Positions 8,928-19,344 are shown, counted from the stretch's first letter. The stretch is DNA of 64,000 bases from Methylobacterium sp. (GCA_044227265.1 JBGAFL010000004.1:28368-92367), one strand, 5' to 3'. The notes: generated by a model not told the origin, from the sequence alone. Numbers and translations: made by a program.

Positions 8928-10403
8928 TCACGCGGCGGCGAGCGGCTTCGAGACCTCCTCCAGAGATTTGCCTTCGGCCGCCGTGCCCCAGATCCCGCCG
9001 ACGATCGCGGCAAGGCCCATCAGCGTCGCGCCCAGCAGATAGCCGCCGAAGACCCAGTCGCGCGAACCGGTCTCGACCAGCGTCCCGAACAGCAGAGGCC
9101 CCGAAACGCCGCCGATTCCCGTGCCGATCGCGTAGAAGGCGGCGATAGCGAGCGCACGGATCTCCAGCGGGAAGGTCTCGGCGACGGTGAGATAGGCCGA
9201 GCTTGCGGCGGCGGAGGCGAAGAAGAACACCACCATCCACACGGCGGTCTGCTCGACTGGCCCGAACAGGCCGATCTTGAACAGGTAGCCGGCGCCTGCG
9301 AGCAGCAGGGCCGAGATGCCGTAGGTGGCTGCGATCATGGGCCGGCGCCCGACCGTATCGAACAGACGCCCGAGCAGCACCGGCCCAAGGAAGGAGCCCA
9401 GCGCGAAGGGCAGCAGGTACCAGCCGACATGGCCGCCGGGCACCTCGTAGAAGCGCTGCAAAACCAGGGCATAGGTGAAGAACAGGGCATTGTAGAAGAA
9501 GGCCTGCGCGATCATCAGCGTAAGGCCGACGAGCGTCTGCTTGCGGCTCGACACGAACATCGCATCGGCCACCTGCGCGAGCGGGGTGCGGTCGCGCGTC
9601 CTGATCTTGTAGCTTTTGCCCGGATCGACCGGCGGCAGTTCGATGCCGCTCTCGGTGAAGCGCTTCTCGATGCCGCTCACCACGCGATCCGCTTCGGCGA
9701 CGTAGCCATGCGTCACGAGCCAGCGCGGGCTCTCGGGAATCCAGCTGCGCAGCAGCAGGATGACGAGCCCGATGCTGCCGCCGACAAAGAAAGCGATGCG
9801 CCAGCCATAGGTCGGATCGATCCATTCGGGGCGCAGCAGCGCGATCGACAGGAACGAGCCGAGCGCGGCCCCGATCCAGAACGAACCATTGATGACGAGA
9901 TCGGTCCAGCCGCGCACCCGCGCCGGCACCAGTTCCTGGATCGTCGAATTGATCGCCGTGTATTCGCCACCGATCCCCGCACCGGTGAGGAAGCGGAAGA
10001 TGCAGAAGCTCCAGATGTTCCAGGACAATCCGGTCGCGGCGGTGGCGGCGAGGTAGAGGAACAGGGTGATGAAGAACAGCTTCTTGCGCCCGATCCGGTC
10101 GGTGAGCCAGCCGAAGCCGAGTGCGCCGAGCACGGCGCCGACGAGATAGGAGCTTGCGGCAAGCCCGACATCGAATTCGGAGAACGACATCGGCGGCTGG
10201 CGCAAAGCTCCCACCAAGGAGCCGGCGAGCGTCACCTCCAGCCCGTCGAGCACCCAGGTGATCCCGAGCGCCACGATGACGAGGACGTGGAAGCGGCCCC
10301 AGGGCAGGCGGTCGAGCCGGGCGGATATGTCGGTATCGACGATCGTCCCCAGCGGTACACGCTCCGGCGTACCCGTTCCCTGCCCTTCGACCCGTGTCGA
10401 CAT
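8928..10403 (-). CDS. MFS transporter (sugar/aromatic acid:H+ symporter-like)
   Basis: About 12 hydrophobic segments; motif A GWLTDRIGRKK, GAGIGGEY and AETFPLEIRA. Confidence 0.93.
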   Translation of the reverse strand: MSTRVEGQGTGTPERVPLGTIVDTDISARLDRLPWGRFHVLVIVALGITWVLDGLEVTLAGSLVGALRQPPMSFSEFDVGLAASSYLVGAVLGALGFGWLTDRIGRKKLFFITLFLYLAATAATGLSWNIWSFCIFRFLTGAGIGGEYTAINSTIQELVPARVRGWTDLVINGSFWIGAALGSFLSIALLRPEWIDPTYGWRIAFFVGGSIGLVILLLRSWIPESPRWLVTHGYVAEADRVVSGIEKRFTESGIELPPVDPGKSYKIRTRDRTPLAQVADAMFVSSRKQTLVGLTLMIAQAFFYNALFFTYALVLQRFYEVPGGHVGWYLLPFALGSFLGPVLLGRLFDTVGRRPMIAATYGISALLLAGAGYLFKIGLFGPVEQTAVWMVVFFFASAAASSAYLTVAETFPLEIRALAIAAFYAIGTGIGGVSGPLLFGTLVETGSRDWVFGGYLLGATLMGLAAIVGGIWGTAAEGKSLEEVSKPLAAA

Positions 10404-10524
10404 CGACGCCTCGTTAACTCTACCTCAAGACAAGTGTTGGCAACGCGCGACGAATCGGTTCGCGAACGAGCAAACGGAAAGGAGCGCGGGGCTTGAATGG
10501 TGTGATCTAGCGGGCAATCCCGAC

Positions 10525-10809
10525 ATGAACACCGTTCTTCGCCTTGCAACCCTGACGATCGCGATCACCAGCGGTCTCACTGCGGCTCCACCCAAGGCGG
10601 CCGACGCCACGCTCGGCCGCGACCAGCAGGCCGTCACGCTCACCGAGGCCGAGCGCTGGTCGCTGCGCCCGACCTACGTCACCGCCGAGACGATGGCGCT
10701 GCGTCCCTCGCGCGAGATCCTTCTCTCGGATCTGCCGGACGAGCGCCGCACTGTGCGGATCGTCTATGAGGGCTACGGCGAGGCCAGCTCGCTCACGGGC
10801 GCTCACTGA
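10525..10809 (+). CDS. Small putative exported hypothetical protein
   Basis: 94 aa with a signal-peptide-like N-terminus (MNTVLRLATLTIAITSGLTAA) and a C-terminal RRTVRIVYEGYG. Confidence 0.55.
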   Translation: MNTVLRLATLTIAITSGLTAAPPKAADATLGRDQQAVTLTEAERWSLRPTYVTAETMALRPSREILLSDLPDERRTVRIVYEGYGEASSLTGAH

Positions 10810-11893
10810 GGCGCGGGTCGAGCGCATCGGCGAGCCCGTCGCCGACCAGGTTGAGCGCGATCAACGTCACGACGAGAAAGCCGGCGGGCCCCGCCAGCAT
10901 CCAGGGCGCAGCCTCCAAGGCACGCGAACCTTCGGCAATCAGGACGCCCCAACTCGTCTGCGGCTCCTGCACGCCGAGGCCCAGGAACGACAGGAAGCTT
11001 TCGAGCAGGATCACCTTCGGCACGAGCAAGGTCGCGGCAACGATGATCGGGCCGAGCGTGTTGGGCAGGATGTGCCGCCTCAGGATCGCGGCCGGCGAGA
11101 GACCCATGGCCTCTGCCGCGCGCACGAAATCGCGCGCCTTCAGGCTCAACGTCTGCGTGCGGACGATGCGCGCCATGTCGAGCCATTCGACGGACGCCAC
11201 AGCGACCAGAACCAGCCAGAGCCCGGCCCGAAAGAACACCAACAGCGTGATGACGAAGAACACGAAGGGCAGCGAATAGAGGATGTCGACAATACGCATC
11301 ATCAGCGCATCGAGGCGCCCGCCGGCCATGCCCGAGATCGCGCCATAGGACACGCCGATGAGCAGAGCGGCGAGCGTTGCGGTGAGCCCGATCAGCAGCG
11401 AGATCTGCCCGGCGGCGAGGCAGCGCAGCAGGATGTCTCGGCCGATCGTGTCGGTGCCGAGCGGCAGGTAGAGCCGGTGTAAGGGGGCCTCGACCACGAT
11501 GCGCCTTCCATCCCCTGCCCGCTCCACGACATTCGCGACCCCGAACAATTCGGAACGCGGCAGGTAGACCAGGCCGCGCTCGTTGATGGGCTTGTCCGAG
11601 GACAGAACGAGCCGAACCTTGCCAGTCTCGACGACGACATCGTCGAGGCGGACACGCATGCGGAAGGCGAGCCGTTCGAGCGCCGGCCCGATTGCATCGG
11701 GTCGCGGATGCGCCTCGAGGCTTGGAGGGACGCGCACGAGTTCGGGATAGATCCGGCCCGGCGAGCGGCCGATGAGCGAGGGGCCGACCACACAGGCCAA
11801 TCCGATCGCCAGGAGCATTCCGAGCGCCAACATAGCAGCGCCGTTCCGCACGAACCGTTTCCGCGCGAGTCCGGCGAGCGAGACCGCGCTCAC
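10793..11893 (-). CDS. oppC: Oligopeptide ABC transporter permease (OppC-like)
   Basis: LGTDTIGRD, the EAA loop FVRAAEAMG and ESFLSFLGLGVQEP..SWG. Confidence 0.92.
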   Translation of the reverse strand: MSAVSLAGLARKRFVRNGAAMLALGMLLAIGLACVVGPSLIGRSPGRIYPELVRVPPSLEAHPRPDAIGPALERLAFRMRVRLDDVVVETGKVRLVLSSDKPINERGLVYLPRSELFGVANVVERAGDGRRIVVEAPLHRLYLPLGTDTIGRDILLRCLAAGQISLLIGLTATLAALLIGVSYGAISGMAGGRLDALMMRIVDILYSLPFVFFVITLLVFFRAGLWLVLVAVASVEWLDMARIVRTQTLSLKARDFVRAAEAMGLSPAAILRRHILPNTLGPIIVAATLLVPKVILLESFLSFLGLGVQEPQTSWGVLIAEGSRALEAAPWMLAGPAGFLVVTLIALNLVGDGLADALDPRLSERP

Positions 11894-12813
11894 GAGGCAA
11901 CTCTCAAGCGCGGATCGACCCAGGCGGCGAGGAGATCCGAGATCAGATTGAACAGGATGACGAGCGCCGCCACCATCACCACGGTGCCCATGACCAGCGT
12001 ATAGTCGCGGTTGAGCGCGCCATCGACGAAGTAGCGCCCGATCCCGGGCAGGCCGAAGATCGTCTCGACCACGACCGAGCCCGTCAGCAATCCGGCCGCG
12101 ACGGGGCCGAGCGTCGACAGCACCGGCAGCATGGCACCGCGCAGGGCCGCGAGCGCGACACGCCAGGGCGGCAGGCCGATCGCGCGCAGCGTACGAATAT
12201 GCGGCTGAGCGAGCACCTCGTTCAGCGAGGCGCGGGTCAGCCGCGCGATCGCAGCGATCTGCGGCAGAGCCAGCGTGATCACCGGCAGAACGAGGTTCTT
12301 CGGGTTTCCACCACCCCAGCCGCCGACCGGCAGCCAGGCGAGGGTCAGCCCGAACAGGATCTGCAGCAGCGGCGCCACGACGAAATTCGGCACGGCAAGG
12401 CTGAGCGAGGCGGTGAGGCCGACGAGGCGATCGGCCAGCCTCCCCCGCCGGAACGCAGCCACAGTGCCGAGAAAGAGCCCCAGCGACAAAGCCAGCACCA
12501 AGGCCAGGGCGCCGAGCGTCGCGGAGACAGGCAGCCCGCGCGCGAAAAGATCGTTCACGGTGAGATCTCGGAACGTGAAGGACGGGCCGAAATCGCCTTG
12601 TGCCAGCGAGGCGAGGTAGCGGCCGTATTGTACGATCAGCGGCTGATCGAGCCCGTAGAGGCGCTTCAGGTTGTCGAGCGCAGCCTGTGGCAGCGGACGT
12701 TCGAGATCGAACGGGCCGCCCGGCGCCAGCCGGATCAGAAAGAAGCTGAGCGTCACCACGACGAAAAGCGTCGGGATCGCCTGAAGCAGACGGCGGACAG
12801 CGTAACCGATCAC
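11890..12813 (-). CDS. oppB: Oligopeptide ABC transporter permease (OppB-like)
   Basis: RLAPGGPF, GDFGPS, VVVETIFGLPGIGRYFV and NRDYTLVMG. Confidence 0.93.
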   Translation of the reverse strand: MIGYAVRRLLQAIPTLFVVVTLSFFLIRLAPGGPFDLERPLPQAALDNLKRLYGLDQPLIVQYGRYLASLAQGDFGPSFTFRDLTVNDLFARGLPVSATLGALALVLALSLGLFLGTVAAFRRGRLADRLVGLTASLSLAVPNFVVAPLLQILFGLTLAWLPVGGWGGGNPKNLVLPVITLALPQIAAIARLTRASLNEVLAQPHIRTLRAIGLPPWRVALAALRGAMLPVLSTLGPVAAGLLTGSVVVETIFGLPGIGRYFVDGALNRDYTLVMGTVVMVAALVILFNLISDLLAAWVDPRLRVAS

Positions 12814-14408
12814 GAGGTCAGCGACAGGTAGCGCGTCGGCGCGACGTTGCGCAGGTTCATCTCCACGCCCTGCAGGCGAGGCGAGACGAGGCCCTTCGAG
12901 CGGCTATGCAGCAGGGGGATCCAGGGCAGGTCGGCGAGCGCGATCGATTCCGCCTCGAACAGCAGGTCGGCGCGCCGCGCGACATCACGCTCGGCGGCTG
13001 CCGCCGCGAGCAAGCCGTCGAAATGCGCGTTGGAATAGCGCCCGGCATTGAAGCCGTCATTGCCGGTGCCGAGCAGGAACAGGAAATTCTGCGGATCGGA
13101 ATAATCGGCGAACCACGATATCCGCGCCAGATCGAAGCTGCCCCCGTCGCGCAGATAGGCGAAATGCGTCTTGGCATCTGTGTTGACGAACCGCGTCTCG
13201 ACCCCGATCCCGCGCCACATATCGGCGAGCGCAATCGCGGTGTTGCGGTTGTTGTCGGTGATGTTGAAGCGGTATTCGACCCTGAGCGGGTTGCCCGTCC
13301 CGAACCCGGCCTCCGTCAGGAGCGCGCGCGCCTGATCCTCACGATCGATTGGGAGATCCTCGCGGCCCGGAAGTTCCGGCGGCGCGCGATAATTGTCGAG
13401 CCCCTGCGGACAGAGCGAATAGGCGGGGGATTGGGTCTCGCCCCAGACGATTTCGGCGAGAAATTCCCGGTCGAGCGCCATGGAGAGGGCCCGGCGCACC
13501 CGGACGTCGTCGAACGGCGCCTTGCGCAGATTGATCGCGATCGCGGTCAGGCCGAGCGCCGGGCCGAGCCGGATTTGCGGGCCGAAACGCTGGCGCAAGG
13601 AGCGCATCTGATCGGCCGGCAGGTCGGATAGGGAATCAATCTCGCCGGCCGCGTAGCGCCGCACGGCGGCCGAGAGATCCGGCGTCGGGATGAAGGCGAC
13701 GGTCTCGATCGGGATCGTCGCTTCATCCCGGAAATGCGGGTTTTTTCGCAACGTGATGCGATCGTTCGGAATCACATCGACGAGCTGATAAGGGCCGTTC
13801 GAGACGAGATTGCCCGGCCGGGTGAAGGCATCGCCGAACTTCGCGATCGAGGGCGGATGCACCGGCAGCGCGGTCTGGTGAGTCAGGAGTTCGAGGAGAT
13901 AGGGCACCGGAGATTCGAGCCGGATGACCAATGTCTGCGGGTCCAGGGCCTCGACGCCGAGCGCCTCCGGAGGCGCCTCGCCGCGATTGACCGCGCGCGC
14001 ATTGCGGATCGGATAGAGCACCTCGGCATATTTCGCCGCCGTCTGGGGCGCGAGGATGCGGCGGAGCGCAAAGCGGAAATCCTGCGCCGACACCACGTCC
14101 CCATTCGACCAGCGGGCATCGGGCCGAAGGGTGAAGCTGTAGGTCAGCCGATCCTGCGAAATCTCCCAACGCGCCGCAGCGCCGGGAATGATACGCCCGA
14201 AATTGTCGTAGGTGAGCAGGCCCTCGTAGAGATCGCGCAGGATATGCGCTTCGGCGACCGTCGAGGAGCGATGCGGATCGAGCGTCTCGGGATCGGCGTC
14301 GTTGCCGCGCCGGTAGAAGCTTGTATCCGCAACGGCCTCGCCGACGAAGCAGGATGCCGCGGCCGCCGCAGCCCCAGCAAGATAACTTCGTCGGCTAATC
14401 GATGTCAT
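12810..14408 (-). CDS. oppA: Oligopeptide ABC transporter substrate-binding protein (OppA-like), Tat-like leader
   Basis: SRRSYL leader, DPETLDP, YEGL, LVSNGPY and WFADYSDP. The ATG at 14408 is preferred over the longer ORF start. Confidence 0.93.
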   Translation of the reverse strand: MTSISRRSYLAGAAAAAASCFVGEAVADTSFYRRGNDADPETLDPHRSSTVAEAHILRDLYEGLLTYDNFGRIIPGAAARWEISQDRLTYSFTLRPDARWSNGDVVSAQDFRFALRRILAPQTAAKYAEVLYPIRNARAVNRGEAPPEALGVEALDPQTLVIRLESPVPYLLELLTHQTALPVHPPSIAKFGDAFTRPGNLVSNGPYQLVDVIPNDRITLRKNPHFRDEATIPIETVAFIPTPDLSAAVRRYAAGEIDSLSDLPADQMRSLRQRFGPQIRLGPALGLTAIAINLRKAPFDDVRVRRALSMALDREFLAEIVWGETQSPAYSLCPQGLDNYRAPPELPGREDLPIDREDQARALLTEAGFGTGNPLRVEYRFNITDNNRNTAIALADMWRGIGVETRFVNTDAKTHFAYLRDGGSFDLARISWFADYSDPQNFLFLLGTGNDGFNAGRYSNAHFDGLLAAAAAERDVARRADLLFEAESIALADLPWIPLLHSRSKGLVSPRLQGVEMNLRNVAPTRYLSLTS

Positions 14409-14415
14409 TAGCCGG

Positions 14416-14853
14416 TCATGCACCGGTCTCCGCAATGAGGCCTGCCGCCTCGATGCCGGCGACCGCACAGATCTCGTCGTTGTCGGACGTATCGCCGGAG
14501 ATCCCGACAGCTCCGAGCAGGGCCCCGTCGCGATCCCGGATCAGCACGCCGCCCGGCACCGGTACCAGCGCATCCGGCCCGACGACATGGCTGACGGCCG
14601 AGACGAAATAGGCCTGCTCCTCGGCGCGCTTGGCGATGGCCCGCGAGCCGATGCCGAGCGCAAGGGCCCCGTTCGCCTTGCCCCTGGCGATCTCGCCTCG
14701 CCGCAACGAGGTGCCGTCTTCCGCCGCCAGACATTTGAGCGCACCGCGTGCATCGTAGACGACGACGCAGAGCGGTTTGAGGTTGCGTGTGCGGGCTGTC
14801 TCCAGAGCGACGGAGACCAGGGTCTGCGCGGCGGCAAGGGTCAGGTTAGCCAT
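14416..14853 (-). CDS. GlcG/HbpS-family heme-binding protein
   Basis: VVVYDARG, AR.KA, PGGVLIR and GAVGISGDTSDNDE. Confidence 0.9.
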   Translation of the reverse strand: MANLTLAAAQTLVSVALETARTRNLKPLCVVVYDARGALKCLAAEDGTSLRRGEIARGKANGALALGIGSRAIAKRAEEQAYFVSAVSHVVGPDALVPVPGGVLIRDRDGALLGAVGISGDTSDNDEICAVAGIEAAGLIAETGA

Positions 14854-15255
14854 ATCTGCGGCTCGTGAGTTCCAATGATCGCCAAGGTGTCCGTACCCTG
14901 CGTTGATCGACACGCTTCCTCACCGTGTTGCCACCGTCAAGGGCGGGATCGGACGATCATCTTCACGCAGCACGGACCGCGGCCAATTGCGTTCGAATAT
15001 GGAACCGCCTTCGGAGGTCGCTGCGGACGATGGCCGATTTGGTCGTCGAACGAAGGCACTCGCCAGCTTCGGACCAGATCCGATTTTCGATCTGAAGCAA
15101 GAACGCACCTTAAGCTGAAAACTCGACGGTTGTCGTCAAAAGATAAGCTCGCCTACAGGCTTCCGAGCCGGCAGGACAACCTTAGAGAAACACCTTAGCC
15201 TTCCATTGGCCGCCTCACCTGCAACCGGAGATAGGTGCAATCTCGTGAGGGGATC

Positions 15256-15573
15256 ATGCTTGGCCAAACGCTTGCGCGTACGCTCGTCACAACGAGCGAT
15301 CGCCGAAATGTTCTGTTGGCCTTCGGGCTTGTCGTGTTGATGGCCGCCATCCGCTTCGGCGTCTGCGACATGGGCGCGGCTGCCGGCGCAAGTTGGGATG
15401 TATTCAGTCTACAGGAAGCTCTTGCCGCGCTGCTGAGCTTGGGTTCGATAGCAGCGAGCCTATTTTATTTCTTTGTAGGAAACGAGCTGCGCCTTGGCAT
15501 GATCATCGCGATGCCAGAAATTTTCCTACTTTTATGGCTTGGCAATCTTCAAATACAATTTTTGACATTCTAA
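15256..15573 (+). CDS. Small membrane hypothetical protein
   Basis: 105 aa with three hydrophobic segments and a GAGGGG RBS-like sequence upstream. Confidence 0.5.
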   Translation: MLGQTLARTLVTTSDRRNVLLAFGLVVLMAAIRFGVCDMGAAAGASWDVFSLQEALAALLSLGSIAASLFYFFVGNELRLGMIIAMPEIFLLLWLGNLQIQFLTF

Positions 15574-16511
15574 TTTTTCTGAAAATCAAGAATTATTCTA
15601 TAACTGATCGGCATCGATCGACGTATTGATCGGATTTGATTGGTTGGCATATTTCAAGCGTATATTGGCTAAGCTACCTAATTGTTCACGGGATTTGGCA
15701 TGGCGACGCTTGAGGTGGTCGGCGGCCGTTGGGTCATGGCCTGCCAAACCCCGTGAGTAATTACGTTGCGGGCGGCTGCTGCGCCCGGCGGTCGTGCAGA
15801 GGAAAGTGACCACCGGCGACCGCGCGATGTGGGCCGCACGACGCGGGCCGATATCCACACCGGCGTCGACACCGCACGCCTCAACGGCGGACCTGCGTTC
15901 GGAACCATTCTCAAGACCGTCGGCGCCTGAAACACCCATTGCAGAGGTGGGTAATTACCCGATAACAATACACCATCACACAGTGAGACTGAACTGCTAG
16001 ACAACCTCACGATCTAAACGAAAGAATTGCAGTCATGGCGAAACCGTAGTTAATTAAAATCCTTACTCAGTGTGTACATAAAGTTTTCAACCTTATTTCT
16101 GTAGAAGAATCGACTTACTCAATTGCGAAATTTTAATATTTGACCAAATAGACCGTGAAAGAAGCAAATTGAGAATTTGCAAGAAGGTTGGAACCAACTC
16201 CGAGTGATCTTTGATCCAGCGTTATACGATCAGGGAAGCGTAGAACAAGAATGGACAAATCTTTGCAGCAATGGAAGATTTTAGCTCTGCAGATTCGGCA
16301 GCTCGCACGCACCCAACCAGCCAGCCAGCCAACCGGTACAGGAATTAATTCCTATCATATTTCCTGGCACGCAACAAATGTTACCTTTGAGCAACATTCC
16401 GCCAGCAATGGCCTTAGGAGCCGAGCGGAGCGCGAATTCGCGGATTGTAATTTTGCGCCAGGTGGAGGGATAGTACAAGCTTAGCCATAACGAGAAGAAA
16501 GGGCCAAACCG

Positions 16512-17765
16512 ATGACCAGCAAACTGAGGCTGCGTGCTGCCGTTGCCGCTTGCGCCATTCTCGCCTCAGGCTATGCCTCTGCAGCAGATGCACCACCGAT
16601 TGCCGCACCAGCCCCGGTTGCCGACAATTGCAACGCTTCGATTTCCTTCCCGTCCTATGGCGGTGTGATCAAAGCCAATCCGGACCCATATTGCGTCGGG
16701 TCACCGGTCGGCGACATCTATGTGGGCGGCGCCCTCAGCGGTTACGCCTATCACTACAGCAAGCCACTGCCGTCCATTTACACGCCCGCCGTCCCGGGTA
16801 TTGATAACGATCGCAGCGGGCGCGTCGACGTTTTGAACGCGTTGGCAGTGATCCAGAAGGCCGATGGACCGTTCCAGTTCGTTGCGATAGCCGGACTCTA
16901 TGCGGTGCCCGTGCTCGGCCTGCCGACCTTCTCGTCCGTTGACCAGACTGACCTGCTCTACGGGCCGGTTCCGGTTGCTTTCGGCAAATGGCAGATCAGT
17001 GACGAATGGTCTGTCCAGGGCGGCCGCATGATGACGCTGATCGGCTCCGAGTCGATGTTCAGCTTCCAAAGACTGAACATTACTGGCGGCCTGCTGTACA
17101 ATCAGGAAAACCTGATCAACCAGGGTGTCCAGGTGAACTATGCGAGTGGACCTTGGGCGGTCTCATTCGCCGCGACCGACGGCGCCTTCTCGGGCGAGAT
17201 CAACTGGGTCACCGGCTCGATCAGCTACAAGCTCGACGATACAAGCGCGATCGGCGTCAATGGCGGCACGCATTTCAGCAGTTTCAATTCGGCATTGCGG
17301 AGCCCGCATTTTCAGTATGCGACGCCGCTCACGGTTCAGAACAGCAGTATCATCAGCGCGAACTATACTTACGCCAACGGCCCTTGGATCATCACGCCGT
17401 GGATCCAATATACGAATGTTGAAAGGAACGCGGCGTTCGGCCTGGCCGGTGCAGAAACCTTTGGCGCTGCCCTGCTTGCCAGCTACAGCTTCAACGACAA
17501 CTTCCATCTTGCCGGCCGTGGCGAATATATCGAGCAAAGCGGCAGTAAGACGAACCCGCTCGGCCAGACTTCGGTGCTGTATGGCGCGGGCAGTTCGGCC
17601 TATTCGCTGACAATCACGCCGACCTTTACCTGGGATCGGTATTTCCTGCGCGGCGAGTTCTCGCACGTACAGTTGACGAACTTTCAACCGGGGCTCGGAT
17701 TCGGCCGCTTCGGCACGGCGGGCCAGCAACAGCGCTACATGCTGGAGACAGGCATAACCTTCTGA
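16512..17765 (+). CDS. Outer-membrane beta-barrel protein / putative porin (OmpL-like BBP2 type)
   Basis: Signal peptide, alternating amphipathic strands and C-terminal Phe (RYMLETGITF). Confidence 0.8.
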   Translation: MTSKLRLRAAVAACAILASGYASAADAPPIAAPAPVADNCNASISFPSYGGVIKANPDPYCVGSPVGDIYVGGALSGYAYHYSKPLPSIYTPAVPGIDNDRSGRVDVLNALAVIQKADGPFQFVAIAGLYAVPVLGLPTFSSVDQTDLLYGPVPVAFGKWQISDEWSVQGGRMMTLIGSESMFSFQRLNITGGLLYNQENLINQGVQVNYASGPWAVSFAATDGAFSGEINWVTGSISYKLDDTSAIGVNGGTHFSSFNSALRSPHFQYATPLTVQNSSIISANYTYANGPWIITPWIQYTNVERNAAFGLAGAETFGAALLASYSFNDNFHLAGRGEYIEQSGSKTNPLGQTSVLYGAGSSAYSLTITPTFTWDRYFLRGEFSHVQLTNFQPGLGFGRFGTAGQQQRYMLETGITF

Positions 17766-18045
17766 TTCATACGAAATCCGATTGATTGCTTCGCAAGCGG
17801 ATTTCACTTTGCTCAATCGCCGCACGGGCTTGGTGATACGGTTTCCGACTGATTCAGTCGGAAACCGTATCAGTAGAAAGATCGAACCTTCCGAGCCACG
17901 CAGATCGATCTTTCAGAAGGAATGGGCGCGTCCGACATTCGTCCCTTTCGGCGCCGAAATGCGCCTAAAGCCCGGAACCAAACCAACTCAGCCGGATAAG
18001 GAATTGCTCGCTCACCGACCTCACGCCGACCTCTGCGCAAGGTCT

Positions 18046-19344
18046 TCAACAATCGAGATAAGCGTCGCGCTCCCATTGCGTCAGGTGCGCGCAGTATCGA
18101 TCCCATTCATCAAACTTCAAGTGTAGGTATCTGAATACCAGCGCCCCCAATGCATCGTTCAAGACCGAATTGCATTCCAAAGCGCGCAAAGCATCGAGCA
18201 AATTCGACGGTAGTTTCTTGTTAGCCTGAAATCCGGTTTCGATCGCATTCGCGTCGAAGTCGGAGCGCTTGCCCGGATCCCGTTGCTGTCGGATACCATC
18301 GAGTCCCGCAGCTAGGATGCTGGCCTGCAGCAGGTACGGATTGGCCGCTCCGTCGGGGAGCCGAAACTCGATGCGCCCCGGTGCGGGCACACGGATCATG
18401 TGCGTTCGATTGTTGCCCGAATAGGAGACCATGTTCGGCGACCAACTCGCGCCGGACTGTGTCCGCGTCGCATTGATCCGCTTGTAGGAATTCACAGTCG
18501 GGTTCGTGATAGCTGTCAGCGCATCGGCGGAATAGATTAAGCCGCCAATGAAGTGATAGCCGAGCCTCGACAGGCCCTGCGGGTCGGACGGATCCTCGAA
18601 CAGATTTCGACCCTCTTGCCAAAGGGAGACATGGACGTGGCATCCCGACCCGGTCAGCTCCGGGAACGGCTTGGGCATGAAAGTCGCGCGTAAGCCGTGC
18701 TTTTCAGCAATCGACTGCGTCATGAACTTGAAGAATGTGTGCCGGTCAGCGGTCACGAGAGCGTCACCAAAGGTCCAATTCAGCTCGAATTGGCCGTTCG
18801 CATCCTCGTGGTCGTTCTGATAGGGCTTCCATCCGAGCGCCTGCATCGCATTGCAGATCTCGGCAATCACGTCGTAACGACGCATGAGCGCCAGCTGGTC
18901 GTATCCTGATTTCGTCCGATTATCGGCCTTGTCGGCCAATTCGGTCCCGGCTTCCGTGACGAGAAAGAATTCCGGCTCGACACCGGTCATCATCTGAAAA
19001 CCATCCCGCTCGGCTTGAGCGATGACGCGCTTCAGGACGTTGCGCGGTCCTTGTGCCAGGGGTTTTCCGCCGACCTGGAGGTCGCAAGGCAGCCAACCGA
19101 CTTGCCGCAGCCAGGGAAGCCGCATCAACCCCGGCGGGTCCGGCATGGCAACAAGGTCTGGGTCCGCCGGACTCATGTCGAGCCAAGTGGCGAAACCCGC
19201 GAAGCCGCTGCCATTGGCGACGCAATCGCGGATGGCGTCAGCCGGAATGAGCTTGGCGCGCTGAACTCCGAGCAGATCGATATACGACGCTAGAAAGTAT
19301 TTAATTTCGCCATTCTTCAGAACCTGTTCGAGATCGTCGATCAT
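18046..19344 (-). CDS. gmaS: GlnT-type glutamine synthetase-family enzyme, gamma-glutamylmethylamide synthetase (GmaS)-like
   Basis: KYFLASYIDLLGVQRAKLIP, GSGFAGFATW, GVEPEFF, YQNDHEDANGQFE, TFMPKPF, NSYKR, WSPN and NRTHMIRVP; ends QWERDAYLDC. Confidence 0.82.
   Translation of the reverse strand: MIDDLEQVLKNGEIKYFLASYIDLLGVQRAKLIPADAIRDCVANGSGFAGFATWLDMSPADPDLVAMPDPPGLMRLPWLRQVGWLPCDLQVGGKPLAQGPRNVLKRVIAQAERDGFQMMTGVEPEFFLVTEAGTELADKADNRTKSGYDQLALMRRYDVIAEICNAMQALGWKPYQNDHEDANGQFELNWTFGDALVTADRHTFFKFMTQSIAEKHGLRATFMPKPFPELTGSGCHVHVSLWQEGRNLFEDPSDPQGLSRLGYHFIGGLIYSADALTAITNPTVNSYKRINATRTQSGASWSPNMVSYSGNNRTHMIRVPAPGRIEFRLPDGAANPYLLQASILAAGLDGIRQQRDPGKRSDFDANAIETGFQANKKLPSNLLDALRALECNSVLNDALGALVFRYLHLKFDEWDRYCAHLTQWERDAYLDC

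Noticed and set aside
8886-10496. 536-aa plus-strand ORF (similarly 33293-34717, 39781-41046, 48672-49868, 60310-61749)
   Set aside because: Antisense shadows of well-supported genes in GC-rich DNA, with Arg/Ala/Gly-rich low-information translations.
14850-15250. att-site duplication of the tRNA-Lys 3' end marking the island's left border
   Set aside because: No copy of TGGTGAGCGCGCTGGGACTC or a clear sub-fragment was found by eye, so the boundary is left approximate.
16360-16385. Sigma54 promoter upstream of the porin (CTGGCACGCAACAAATG)
   Set aside because: The -24 element matches, but the required GC at -12 is absent.
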